DNA from: Ascidiella aspersa
Taxonomy: Eukaryota
DNA length: 64,000 bases
Direction: 5' to 3'
NCBI GenBank assembly: GCA_963924565.1
Contig: OZ004614.1
Location: 16,616,001-16,680,000 of the forward strand
The notes under the pieces were generated by a model. The model was not told the origin of the DNA. It searched no databases and worked only from the letters and a program-made list of their open reading frames with translations. This document shows, one piece after another, positions 38,791 to 51,749 of this stretch (its first letter is position 1; every line of letters starts with the position of its first letter). The translations under genes were made by a program, and so were the position numbers.

Positions 38791-40109
38791 CAAAACGCTA
38801 ACTTGCATATTAACTTAAATAATGTTAGCAATATAAACCCCAGGACAAATGTGGTAGAATTCTAGACCAACTTGTAGACGTTACCTTTTTATTGTTTTTA
38901 CGTTGCTTTTTGCGTATCAAAACGAAAGACACCAAATTGATAAAGCCCCGTAATCCATAACCAAAACGCTAACCTGCACCCTAACCGAAATAATGTGCGT
39001 TGCGGTAGAATTCTAGACCAGCGCCTTTTTACCACTATTCTAAAAAAATAGACTTCCTAAAACCAACTTACTTACATTCATATATGCGTCATATACCAAT
39101 AATTAACTCTTTACCCAACTTACCCAGCAATGAGCAGTCAGCCCGAAAACGTTTTCACCTAATATTTAAAAAAAACTATAATACCGACTACCATCATAAT
39201 TAAAAGTATAAACACATCAGTAAAAGCATAAAATAGTAATTAGTATACTATATTAAAAGTGATCAAAAAATACTTTCTTTGAGGGTTTTGGTGAATCAAA
39301 TCAAAGAAAAAACAGTTTTTAAGTAAAGGGATTGATAGTAGAGGATTTTATTTTCAGATACCTCTGTGGTAAACGAACTTTAATTTAACGACTAAGCAAC
39401 AAAAAAATACATGTCGTAATAATCATTTTCTCCAAACAGCTAAACAAAAGCTCGTCCAAAATTTCTCCTAAACCTAAATGTTGTAACCAAGATATTAATC
39501 GACGCATTGCGGCCCGCCTACGGTATTGGTGCGACTCACCACTGTTTCTCGCCTTAAATAGTTTTTTAGGAAAAATTGTTACAATATCTTTAAAACGTGC
39601 AGAATGCGCAATATTCAACGTTAGGGACTGATCGTTTTTATGCGACTCTAATCGAGTGTAATGCCGCTCCTCAACAGCCATTCTGTGATTTACCTGAATC
39701 TATAGCAGCGTTGGCCCTGGCCAAACCCCAAGAATTCTGATTAAAAACGTACTGCAGGGGTGTCCAACATGAGGCACGCGTGCCAAATGTGGCACGCGAC
39801 CTAATAAAAAATGGCACGCAAGGCCCCCAAAAATGCAGCCATTTGCAAAAAAAAGCTAAATTTGTTATACAGCCAATTTTCATTGTTTATTCACAATATA
39901 AATCATTGGCCAATAAGGAATGATCATTTTTAACGAGATCGTGACATTGTTTACACGAAATATCATTGAAATTATATACATCCATCAGGATGCTTAAAAC
40001 TGATCCAACTAATAGGCTGTATCTTTCTTTGCACTATTGTGGCTGTATCAAAGAAAAAATGCGCTAAAGATTTGCATTATGGGCCATAATCCCAAAGTAT
40101 TGCGCGTAT

Positions 40110-40400
40110 TTGACAGTTTTTTCTTGCGCAATGTTTACGAAAACAATCAAGAAGGTAGGGTTTGTAGGATAATTTGTTGGAAACCTTTTTTAAACCACCA
40201 ATTCTGCATGTTTCATGCCTACAGTAATTTTATGGAATAAATATACAATGTCTCGCCTAAAAGTCTTGTTGAAAGTATAGCAACTAACTCGAAATAAAAA
40301 AAGAGGACATTTGGGCATTTTTGAGCGTCCTCGGAGGACCATTTATTTTTCTTGACAAAAGAGGACAAATCGTCTTAAAAGAGGACATATGGTAGGCGTA
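40110..40400. repeat. Partial copy of the 'gcctaccatatgtcct' element, inverted relative to 43810-44090
   Basis: Ends in aaaagaggacatatggtaggc, the reverse complement of the 43812 end. Similarity extends about 280 bp. Confidence 0.75.
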
Positions 40401-40595
40401 AGCAATGCTTTATATTTTTAGATACCGATACCGGTAAGAGAGAAGGTGCCAATATTTTTTAGTGGTCTGCCACCTTTATCCAGAAAAATATACAATAAAC
40501 CCAGGGCAAATTCATAAATTGGGGTACCACACGAGGTAATAACATCCTAAAACTGTATTTATTGTGAAATTTACGTTATGTGTATGCGCAACTTC

Positions 40596-40810
40596 GGCAC
40601 TGGTCTAGAATACTAGCCACAACGCACATTATTTGGGTTAGGGTGCAGGTTAGCGTCTGTGTTAGGGTGGGTTAAATGCAACATTACGGGGGTAGGCTAA
40701 ATATTGAATATTATAATACTTGACCCACCCACACCCAAACGCTAACTCGCACCCTAACCCAAATATTGTGCGTTGATTTTATAATTGTGGTAGGATTCTA
40801 GACCAGCGCC
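40596..40810. mobile_element. Foldback MITE with long TIRs containing ggttaggg-like motifs
   Basis: ggcactggtctagaata ... gattctagaccagcgcc. TSD gcaacttc/acaacttc. Half copies at ~38790-38870, ~38960-39025 and ~59465-59598. Confidence 0.8.
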
Positions 40811-42900
40811 ACAACTTCTCATAAATCTTTTTTGATTGTGTAGTATGTTTTAGGGTGTTTTGTAAAAATCTTTTAGCCAACTTGCTTATCACGTACGACG
40901 TAGCCTATCGGTATGTCTTTTGTTCTTTTCAAACTTAGATAATTCCAAAAGTGATTCGCTTCCTGAAATTACTATTCTATTTCTGCAAAATCCATCCAGT
41001 TTATAAGAGTTTTTAAACTTATTAAATCGCGCCCTCCTGACAAAATTTATTAAAACTACCCCCTCCCCCCCGTTGAAAAATAGCTTTTTATATTAGGGTT
41101 TAACACCTCACCAACCCGAAACTGTAAAAATAAACTGACTTTGTTGTGTCCTTAAAGTTACAATAAACAACGATATTTAAAAAAAAGCTATTTATGCAAG
41201 TCGTGTTTTTCTCAACCTTCTCTCTTTTAGTGGCGTAAAAAGCAGTCAAACATGAAAAACAGATTTCTCATATGAAGAGAAGAGCTTTGCTTATGGCAGT
41301 TGTGTTAGAAAGGTTCAGTTATGATATAATACTACACATATCAAAATATTCAACTAGTCTACATAAACACCGGAATAACTCATGTCCGAAACAGTTCACA
41401 ATACTATACGCTTTTTGGCTGTGAAAAGCAGGCGCAGATCCAGGATCCTTTGACTAAAACGACTTTGTTAAAATAATCGATTTTATCAAAAAGCACACTA
41501 AAATAAACGTGACGTCATAAAAAGTAACCTTATGACCACCACACAGGCAGGTGGTCCAATATGGAATTGCTCAACACTAACGTAAAAACTAACTTTGTGA
41601 AGAAATGTAGGAAGTTTCAAAACACAGGCAAGGAATAGAGTAAAAAGTGAACGGTTAGGTTGGAAAGGGAAGAAATTAGGGAAAACGGTTGCTCAGTAGG
41701 CTACATTACTAAAAGAAAAAGCTTGAAGGGCATACTGAAGTTCATGCAATTTAGGGTTGAAAATATTGTGAAACTGTTAATTGTTAAACTGCATTTTTAT
41801 TTCAAGATTTTGCTCATATGGCTCACGTCGCTCAAATCTCATTTGTTGATTTTAGGCGCTCCGTGCGTACCTTGCAAGTTGACAAAATCTACAGCTATAT
41901 GAAGGCGTTTTGGGGGTCGCTAAAAAGATTCCTGAATATAAATAATTTACAAACATCAACTATTATTTCCTTTAAAATGCTTTTTGCAAAGATTTGAATG
42001 TATCTACGTAATAAGAATATCAAAGCCCATACAGAAGTAGGTATCATTTTGGACGTTTCGAATAACTCTTTATTCATTTTCAACATCTGAATGTATCTAA
42101 GTTTAGGAATGTCACTGAAGATGCTTCACTGAATTGTTCGTTCGTTTTAAAATGTATTTGCGCACATCGTTGTGCCAGTTTGTGTTCAAAATAACCTGGA
42201 TTAAAGTTTAATTTAGTTAGAAAAGCAAATCTTAAATTGCTGACTTTGTGGGTTTTTATAATTGCCTAAACAACCTCGTGTGTGCAAATGTACATTTGGT
42301 GTAATAAACCGATTAACGTTAAATTCCATTTTTGTGACGTACAAGGAGCCTTTTAGTAAAAATTTTTTACTCAAACCTGTTATCGATTATATCGATAAAT
42401 CTTGCTTACAACAGGTCACGAAATAGTATTAGTAACCACAATTTCACTAAATAAGCCACAGCACAATCAAGCTTGATTGGAATGATATCAATTATAGCCT
42501 ACTAAATTGTGTCAAAGTAATTTCCACAATGATCAAACTTTTTGACTGTTGAAATGGCTGATATCAAGAACCTCCTTTCCCACTTAAAGTTGCTGTGTTA
42601 ATCGGCCACAAGTTACACTTGCATATTTTCAGCACCCTAACAGAGGACATTTTCTTGCCTGCAAGTAAAACGAAAGCAGAATTGTTACTTTTGAGAAAAA
42701 CGTGCCATATCCACAAGTAATGCATTAAGCTTCAAAATTAACACGTCCTTTTCTGAAACAAGGATACTTCTGACGTAGCTCATCGGTAAACAGAGTTTTT
42801 CTCTTGAGCATTGTAATGTATATATAGGCCTAGCTATAGCTTTTTTGCTTTATTGTTGTCTAAATTTAAAGAACCACCACATGTAGCCTATTCTATAGAC

Positions 42901-43698
42901 CAGTGGTTCTTAACCTTTTTTCGGCCGCCATTTTCGTATGCCTTGTGACCCAACCTCTCTCTACGAAAAGCAATTCGGCATTTTCAATTAAATATCACTG
43001 AGACAACTTGAAAACAGTGTTAGTCGTCGGTCGCGCGAAGCGCGAAAAAAGGGTTTAATTGGCACTAAACTCACTAAACTGTAAATTCAGGAGGCTTTTA
43101 GCATTGGACACACAATAAATTGCTCGTGCACGAGCTGATTTTGACAAACGTGTTGTGAGGACATTTACTCCACAGTTGTAAAAGGCTGCGATGTCGAGCG
43201 CAAATAAAAATGTAAGCGCAAAAATTAAACTTTGCGTTATCGTGTTTTAAAAGATGTGATGACACACAATACAACGATAATATTGCAAAAACATTATAGA
43301 TTCGCGCAAAAAGGTTTAAGTCCCCCTGTTGCTAGCCTGTTATCCAACTATATAAAACATGGATAAAAAATAGTTCGAACAGTGGATGAATTTTATCGTT
43401 TATCTATAGGTGGACAAAATTTTATTAAATAGGGCTGTTATACCTTCAATGATATGAAAACACGCAATGGCACTCAAAGAAACTTTGTGGTAAAAAAGTT
43501 AACATAAGTAGAAAGCATACGATTCGCGCGAACCGCAATATTTGCCGATTTAATGTCAAAATTGGCAACAAAAAAAGAGTTTGTACAGCGCTGTAGGAGT
43601 GGTGTACAACCTAACGAAACCATCAGAATCATTGCAAAAAAATTAAATATTCATTAGGAGCTACCCCCCCCCCCCCCCCCCCCGGTCAAGAACCGCTG
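42901..43698. mobile_element. hAT MITE nested in copy A of a larger element (~42620-43725)
   Basis: TIRs cagtggttcttaacc / ggtcaagaaccgctg. Perfect TSD ctatagac. Confidence 0.85.
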
Positions 43699-43809
43699 CT
43701 ATAGACTAACTATAGACACGCTTCCATACAGTAACACTGATAGTTGGCTAGGCCTACAAAACGGGCGCAATTTGTTGAAAAACCTGTTTTAAACCAGCAA
43801 TTCAGCATG

Positions 43810-44857
43810 TTGCCTACCATATGTCCTGTTTTAGGAGAATTTGTCCTCTTTTCTGAAGAAAACTGAGTGGTCCTCCGAGGACACTCAAAAATGTCCAAAT
43901 GTCCTCTTTTTTCGCATTTCGAGTTACTCAGCCTACTTTTAACAAGACTTTTGGCGAGACGTTGTAATTATTTCCAAAAATATACTGTAGCGATAAATGC
44001 TAAATTGCTGGTTTAAAGCAAGTTTTCCAACAAATTACCCTAGCAGCCCTACCTTCTTAATTGTCATTGCAAACATTGCTCCAGAAAAATGGCAACAGAA
44101 TCTCACATCTAAAAAGACCCATTAATAAAGCAAAGGTATAAGTTTTGTATTCAATAGGCCTTGCCTATATACCATCAGTGTTATTGTATGGTAGGCTATG
44201 TTCTTATTTCTTACAGAAGCTTGTCTAGTTAGTCTATACCAGCGGTTCTTAACTGGGTGGCGCCAAGCAATTCTTAGGGGTGCGCGAGGTCTAAGTTAAA
44301 TTTTTAATTTTTTTGCAATGATTCTAATGGTTTCGTTTGGGTTGTACACCACTCCTACAGCGCTATACAAACTCTTTTTTTGCCAATTTTAATATTTAAA
44401 CTGCCAAAAATTTCACGCTCCGCGCGAGGTAACAGGCTAGCAAAAGAGAGCATTAAACTTTTTTGCGCGAATCGATTTTGTGTTTGGGGGGCGGAGCGCA
44501 AGGCATAGAAAAGTTACCAAAGATGGGCGCTGCTGAAAAAAGGTTAAGAACCACTGGTCTATAAAATACAGGTGGTTTTCAGCAGATGCCTTCATTTTTC
44601 TTTATTATTCTTTAAATATAGACAAACATAAACCAAAATAAACTTTAATTATAATGCCGAAAAGGAAATCTGTTTACTAAGGAGCTACGCCAGAAGTAGG
44701 CTACCCTTGTTTCAGAAAGAGACGTACATTAATTTTGAAACTGAAAGCATTACTTGTGGATATGGAACGTTTTTTTCAAACGTAACAATTCTACTTTCGT
44801 TACTTGCAGGCAGTAAAAAGGTCCTCTTTTTGGGGTGCTGAAAATATGGTAGTCCTA
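43810..44857. mobile_element. TIR element (copy B) with nested hAT MITE at 44240-44556
   Basis: Ends gcctaccatat / atatggtagtcc. Nested cagcggttcttaac...ggttaagaaccactg with TSD gtctatac/gtctataa. Reverse complement of copy A. Confidence 0.8.
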
Positions 44858-45239
44858 CCTTTTAAGTAAACAGGGTACATGAGCTCGTCAAAACAAGTTT
44901 AAGGATTCACCAAACCAAATAAGGTTGAAGATCACTGCCTATTATTGGTTTGCAATCTGTTGACGATTTTCAAAGGGGGTTTAGTAATGTTTTGATATGC
45001 TATCACAGCTGAATGTCAAAATGCAACAGAATATTGCTTATTTTAAAGTACATTTTAGCCAGTTTTAATGATTTTTTTTCATTAGTTGTCTGCAGGTCAG
45101 AAAACACTGGTGGGCCGCAAGACCTTACATTACAGTGGTTCTTAACCTTTTTTTCTGCCGCGCCCCCTTTTTGGTAATTTTCCTATGCTTTGCGCCCCCC
45201 TACAATGTTCGTCTCAAGGCAGGCGACCGCATACAGTAA

Positions 45240-47440
45240 TCCAGATAAATTTTTTAAACATTCGTGAATATTTAAAACTTTTTTAAAAACATTGGTGAAA
45301 ACATTGCACAAAGCTGGAAATATCGATGACAAATTACTTCTTGGCACAACTGGAATTACGGTAAAAAATGGTATATATCAGCATGCAACTGGGCCTTCGG
45401 CAAAATATTTTGCTAGTGTAACACCTGCTTATGCTTACCCGTTATTTAAAACACACAAATTGTCCGAAGAAAACATACCTGCTACATGCGTACGAGATAT
45501 CTGTTACAGTAAGCTGGAAAGGCACTACGTCAAGGTTTACAGCATTTCTTGAGCATTTACTTCAACCAGTAAGCCAAGAGTTTGCACGACGGACATAAAT
45601 GAGTATTGTAAAGATAGCAGGCACTATTTAATGGAGCTCGACACTTGGAAGAACGAAAATCGTAAAAGAATTACAAAAGAAATAGCCACCCAACCATTAT
45701 TTATTGTAGCGGCTGACGTAAAAGCACTGTACCCAAATGTAAGTCGTATACTTGTTAAACAGTCACTCACTTGTGCATTGAAACACCACTCACCATTTCC
45801 ATCTAGTCTAGAGCAAGAACCACAATTGTAGAATTGGCCATGCTCTGCCTCGAAAGCATAGTACTATGCAACAAGAACTGCTATTATAAACAAACGGAAG
45901 GCATCGTGACGGGAGAAATTAATTCGGTTTCGTTGGCAAACATCGCCATGCACTATATCATGCGTTGAGTGTCAAAATTCGAAAAACGAACAGAAATCTT
46001 TAAACGATTCATAGATGATATTATTTGGTTGTCTTTTGGCGAAAAAAACACGAATACTGTCCAAAACCAGTTGATTAAAAAGTTTTATAGTTTTGGAATG
46101 TCATTGGTGTGTAGAAAAATTTCTACCAATCAAAAACAAGGTCAGTTAGAGTTTCTTGATGTGCTACATTCAATAACTAATCTTACACCAGAAGGTTTTA
46201 CACCTCAGGATTGCACAAAAGAAACAGCGCGAGATAGGTGTTTCCTACAAGCCACATCACACCACCCGATGTCGATTTTCAAATCCATAGTTTTTGGTGA
46301 GGCAGTTCGGTTAAGAAGATTAAACGAAATGTTTTCCGACTTCAAAGAAAGTCTCAGTAGACTAGCTTCAAAGGCGAAAAACTCGGGTTTTCCTAAAAAT
46401 ATGGTAGATGATATCATCCAGAAGGCTAGTACCTGGAAAGAACGTTTCGGTCCACCGAAAAAAGAAGAAAGAAAAGCAAAGGATATAACAGTTTGGCCCT
46501 CCCAGTTTCCCAAAATACTAAGGCTGTCGGTTAAAGAAAGGAAATTAATACCTCCAACAACTATAACGTATACAAACCCGCAAACACTCGGAGTAATTCT
46601 CACAAATTATCGCCGTTTGGCTTTTAACAGCCAAAATATTGAGGATGGAAAGTCGGGTCCATGTGGAAAATGTGCTTTGTGTGGCAATTATGGAAAATAT
46701 AAAATTTCAATGGTTAACACTTCCAAAAAGCTGTACACCCCACGAGGATTTATCAGACTCAAACGCAATCTAACGTGCGCTAACTACGGTATTTATGTCG
46801 CGACATGTGAATTATGTAAAAACCAGTATGTCGGCCAAACAAAAAATAAATTTTCGACCAGATGGACTACATATAGAAACCACTGGAAAAAGTTTGACAT
46901 TTCATGTAATAACGACCAAGCTGCCCTCCTGCGACATTACGCCAAACATCACAGCAATGTACCGGTACTGGAAAAAAAACCTCCAATACACGTTGCACAA
47001 CCCGAAATGGCACAGCTGAACTTTCACGAAGATATTTGGTTAAATAAAATAGGAGCTACCATAAATATTCAGCATATTATAACAACTACTATTACATAAT
47101 CCTTAACCTCCCGTTTTTATCTCTTTTCATTGACCTACTTTTTGCGCGACCTCATAATTTCTTTGCGATTTCTTGGCGGTGTTTTGCTTCAGGCATTGCG
47201 ATTTCCTTTTATTATCGCTGTTTTTCCTTTTTCTTTTGCAATTTTAACTTCACTATTGGTTTACACCTGGACTGTACTGTATTGTAATTCTGTTATTGGT
47301 ATTTTAGACTTGCTAATAGTTTATATTCATATATAACTTCGGTGTTTTCGTTGTGTTTACAGTTATTAGCAGAAATGATGATGCGTTCTTGCGTAACTAT
47401 ATAGTATTCTGCTTTTGTTGAATAAAGTTGTTTTAGATCT
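45240..47440 (+). mobile_element. Penelope-like retroelement (RT + Cys-rich linker + C-terminal GIY-YIG), 5'-truncated and disrupted
   Basis: RT motifs ADVKALYPNV, YKQTEGIVTG, FKRFIDDII, LEFLDV; SHHP..I.KSIVFGEAVRLRR; PCGKCALC; GIYVATCELCKNQYVGQT. Frameshifts near 45500 and 45810, in-frame TGA at 45966. T-rich 3' region, hammerhead relic and AATAAA. Confidence 0.92.
47368..47413 (+). ncRNA. Degenerate minimal type I hammerhead ribozyme at the PLE 3' end
   Basis: AGCAGAA-aTGATGA-T-GC(gttctt)GC-GtAA-CTATATAG-TA-TTCTGCT. Perfect 7-bp stem I, palindromic stem III (ACTATATAGT), GUA cleavage triplet, two core substitutions. Confidence 0.75.
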
Positions 47441-48779
47441 CTTTTACAACCTTTGTGGTTTTGTTTGGATCATATAATATGGAAAAAAGATCAACAACTA
47501 GAAATGTCGGAGCAGGCTTAGATCCCGATATTAACAAAAATAATAATAATAATATTATTATTACTTCATCAATTTTTTAAAAACTATGTTACGTTTAATC
47601 GCCAAAAGTCATACTTCTAAATAGTCTAAAGTTCTTTAACACACTCAACTACAAGGCAACTAGTGCGTCTGAACTATGTAATAATGATTATCATTACTCT
47701 TTATACTTAGCGGAGTAGGACACTATCCATACGCTCGAAATCCATAAAATACCAATTTAACTTTTTGATATTTTTTTTCTTATTACAGTATTCACCTCAG
47801 TTAGGATTATACATCTTTGCTGCCGGCCTGACAAAAACAAAAAGCAAAAATGTAAAAGTGTCAACTGATTCCTTGTCACAAGGGAGTATGCTGCACTGAA
47901 TATGCAATAATAGAAATTACCTTGACCCTTGCAAGATAAAAATTGTCGACCGTAATTCCTGATCAGTAATAGTTCAAAAATACTCTAGCACAGCTAGCAA
48001 TTCAGGTCAGACACAATTAACAGATGTTAAAAGAGATATATATATTTCGCCAACAAAGGCATCGTCAGTATATCTTATTCAAATAGAATGTCCATAGTAC
48101 ACAGATATTTAGGAGTAGAAAGATACAAAAATGTAATACCGGTACGTTAATTTTTTTGTCTTCGGTGCATTTAATAATATGACGATTTATTTACTTATGT
48201 GGCTTTTGTCGAATGACATATATCTGGTTGGTGTGTCCAGGGCTGGATTAAGGGTACTGTGGCCTAAGGCTATTTACCAGGGAATGGCCTAATTTTGCAA
48301 ACGAGGCTACAAAAAGTAGTAAAAATACATACATGAAAAATTGAAATTATTTAGGCTACTGCAAAATAACACAAACATAATATAAAAACATGTAATAAAT
48401 GTAATTAAGTGTCATAGACTCATCGTAGGGGAGCTGTGGGACCAGTGGGTCACTTTTGACGTTTTTGCATCGGCAGGTTTTTTATTTACCTCGTAAAAAA
48501 GGACTTTGAGGTCGTAACGTGAAGTTTAATCTACCCTTCAACATACAACAGCATTTAACTCAAAATGTAAGAAGAGAAAAGTTGAATAAGTGCACCTAGT
48601 TTCTAATTATTTAACAAATCAGTCGATTTGAATTAAACTAACTTAGTTTTGGACTCCACCGAGGTATTTTTTTATATTCGACTAATGTTTTGTCACTATA
48701 TTCGCCGAGATTATTCCTAGATTTTTATTTTAATATTGCGTTACTAGTGTTTGGCAAATACGCTGTGTTTAACCTAGCT

Positions 48780-49466
48780 CAGGGGCAGCAACCTATTTCT
48801 AGTCGCGGGCCAAAACCAAACTAAGAAAGTCCTCCGCGGGCCGCACAAAATGTTAATTAAGAATTGTGTTATTAAAATGTTAGAACAACTGTGAATCAGG
48901 CGGGTCTCGGATCTTTTGCACCTAAAGATGTGTTTAATTACGTTTACGGAGGTAGTAAAGTGTTGACGCTAATTAAAATTCGAGTCCACACCTCGTCATC
49001 CATACTACTTATGAAAAATGTGATAAAACTACTTTAAAGAAAGGCAATAATCTTAATAGTTTATCTATTCAGCGTTTGTTAACCTTTTTAAGTCCGGGCG
49101 CACCCGGCGAGCGAAGCAAGCGCGATTTTTTTGGTACCGGCATTTCTTTTAAACTTCTTGCTGTTTTTTATTACATTGCTGAAAATAAAAGATAAAAAAT
49201 ATGTTAAAATTTATATCATTAATATTTTGTTACATACGTTTTCGGTTTGTCTGCAACGGTAAAAATGCGCAGATCTACTTGAAAAGACAGCATCAAAACG
49301 CAAACAAACTGGACGTAGAACGAACATTCGCGCGAAAATTTTTCCCACTTGGGTACAGTTAAAAAGTCAAACATTAGGCCTATTTGAAATGGACTTGCGT
49401 CTAGTTTTTCGAAGAGGCGGCGGGCCGGATGAATTACATTGGCGGGCCGTAGGTTGCCGACCCATG
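48780..49466. mobile_element. hAT MITE carrying the module also found at 32360-32760
   Basis: Ends caggggcagcaacc / ggttgccgacccatg. Perfect TSD acctagct. Confidence 0.85.
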
Positions 49467-50028
49467 ACCTAGCTGAATATTGGCCTTGAATTTGACCTTG
49501 AGTAAAGCCGTAGCATACCCTTGCGCGTTTCACGATGGAGTGTTCTTTTGCAAACTCTTTAGGGAAATTGGGAAATCTCTGCACCAGGCATTACAAGTTA
49601 GTTGCTTGCCCAACAGCATTTGAAGGAAACTTAAAGATTAGGCGAAGGTTATCGTCAAGTAATTCGCTTTCCGAAAAAACGCTGACGCCGCACCACATGC
49701 GTGTGTCGCCGACATTTGTATGTCCTTAAGTGTGCCGCAAGTGAAAATAGGTTGCGCAGCACTCGCATATGCGAGTCGCCGGTTATTCAGCTCAGCACAA
49801 ACTAACCTTTGCTGACTAACGTTATTATGACCGTGGCGATCTCGCGTTATGAATGCGTGGAACTGTAGCTCATTTATTTCACTGTAGCTCATTTATTTGC
49901 AAGATTGGTTGATTTTACAATTCTTTTCGTTTCTTTCGTGTAGGTTGAATACAAAGTTTGTGTGTATAGAGCAAGCCTTATTTAGAGTAGCTTCGTTTGA
50001 GCTTAAGCAATTGTATATATATATAGGC

Positions 50029-50446
50029 CAGTGGTTCTCAACCGCCGGTCCGCGTCAATTTTCCTGCCGGTCCGCCAAATATCTTGCAATTTTATATCTC
50101 AATTGCAAAATGCAAGATGTTGAAAGCTCCTTGTTGATTTAATTCAGAACTTCGCCAGTTTCGTAATTTGTAGCCTTGTGACGTAACATAGAGTTAATGG
50201 TCTACTTTAGACTTATCGTACGTCACAATGCGACAAGTGTTGTGCCCAACAGTTTAAACGTAGGCAAACAACCCGCTTAAATCTTAAACTTTAAGACCAG
50301 TTGAAAAAAAAAACTTCCAACAGAACCACATATAACACGTATGATATCAAAAAGACAGCAGCAAATTTCTCATTAAATCAAGGGTCCACCGGTCCGCAAA
50401 ATTGAAATTTTACAGGTCCGTGAGCTATAAAGGTTGAGAACCACTG
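50029..50446. mobile_element. hAT MITE
   Basis: Perfect 15-bp TIR cagtggttctcaacc / ggttgagaaccactg. Perfect TSD atataggc. Confidence 0.92.
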
Positions 50447-51663
50447 ATATAGGCTATATCCAAGGTTTGGCGACCTACAGCCACTGTTTTGTAACTTGGC
50501 ATAAGGTCATAAAAATTATCTTTCTAAGCTATTTTCTATGTCAGTTTAACATCGCCAGACGTTTAATCAACATAAAAAATAGATTATTTTTAAGTCTGTG
50601 TGACATAATAGCTTTATTAAAGCCACAATGTTCTAAATATACACATTATTATTGTTATTGCATGAAAAGTCAAAGAATAACAAGCACTTAAAAACATTAT
50701 TAAAAAGCGAGATAATTTAAAAAAACTTCACTACACTGCATTTGGCTGCGTTAGTTTGCAGAAACGGTGGGTGATGCTCGGCCATGAATCCAGCTAACAA
50801 AAGCTCTGCTTTTATTACCTTTTCTTGTTGAATATTTCTTGGGCACTTCCGTACTTAAAAAAATGTAGCAACAACAGTGGTTTTGAGTTTGGCAGTATTA
50901 TTCTTTTTATGCTTAGCGCTGTCATTGTACAGTAAATTAAAAGGTTAATTTTGTTTGGTTGTTTAAACTTTATATCGCAAACTTGGCATATTGCTGTATA
51001 TCTATCAGTCTTGTCCGGTATCTGACAGGCTTTAAAATTGCCATTATTCAATCAATTCAGGTTAAAAAAGTTGGCCATGAAAATTGTTTTTTTTGTTGTT
51101 GTGGAGTTCTGTCACCACTTATATAGCATCCTCAAAGTTTGCTAAATCCGACTATGACATCAATCAAACTGTGTGTGTGGCCGGGTCATGACTATAGATC
51201 GGTCCCAGGAAAGAGTGTTTACGATACAACCAAATATGTAGAAACCCCACACTTTTTTTCGCCTACCCTATGTATTTCAAAGAAAATAAGCCGCGGGACG
51301 TATGTTTCCAAGGTCTACTTTAATTGGTGTTAAAGCAATAAATAAATAATACTATTTTTTATAGTTGACCCCTAATAATTTTGAGGGTTTTCATTGGCAG
51401 CTAAACCTTTAATTAATTCGATATTATATTATTTAAACCAGGGGTGTCCAACTCAAACATGCCGGCGTGCCAATTTTTATCCTTTTTTTTTATTACTTTT
51501 TTTTTTATTACTTTTTTTTGTATATATAAACTCGTTTTTTTTTAATTGCTTAGGTGGAAAAATATTGTGTATATCAATTTTGTTAAATTAAGTTTTGTCA
51601 AGTATCGCAAAGCGGGTCTTCGGTGGTCGAATGTCCACGATTACTATTTGTATTAAACAAGGC

Positions 51664-51749
51664 CAGTGCTTTTCAACCTTTCAAAATTTCCATCCGCACT
51701 TTTTTATTTCGGAAAATTTCCATCCGCACCACGGGTTGAAAAGGCACTG
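51664..51749. mobile_element. 86-bp mini hAT MITE
   Basis: TIRs cagtgcttttcaacc / ggttgaaaaggcactg. Perfect TSD aacaaggc. Internal 17-bp direct repeat aaaatttccatccgcac. Confidence 0.85.

Noticed and set aside
45966-45968. In-frame TGA in the PLE RT as selenocysteine recoding (as in Naiad elements)
   Set aside because: The element has a C-terminal endonuclease (not the Naiad layout) and additional frameshifts; simple nonsense decay is more likely.
47700-48070. Possible decayed hAT transposase C-terminus (also 41895-42086)
   Set aside because: Only a vague motif resemblance; needs a profile search.
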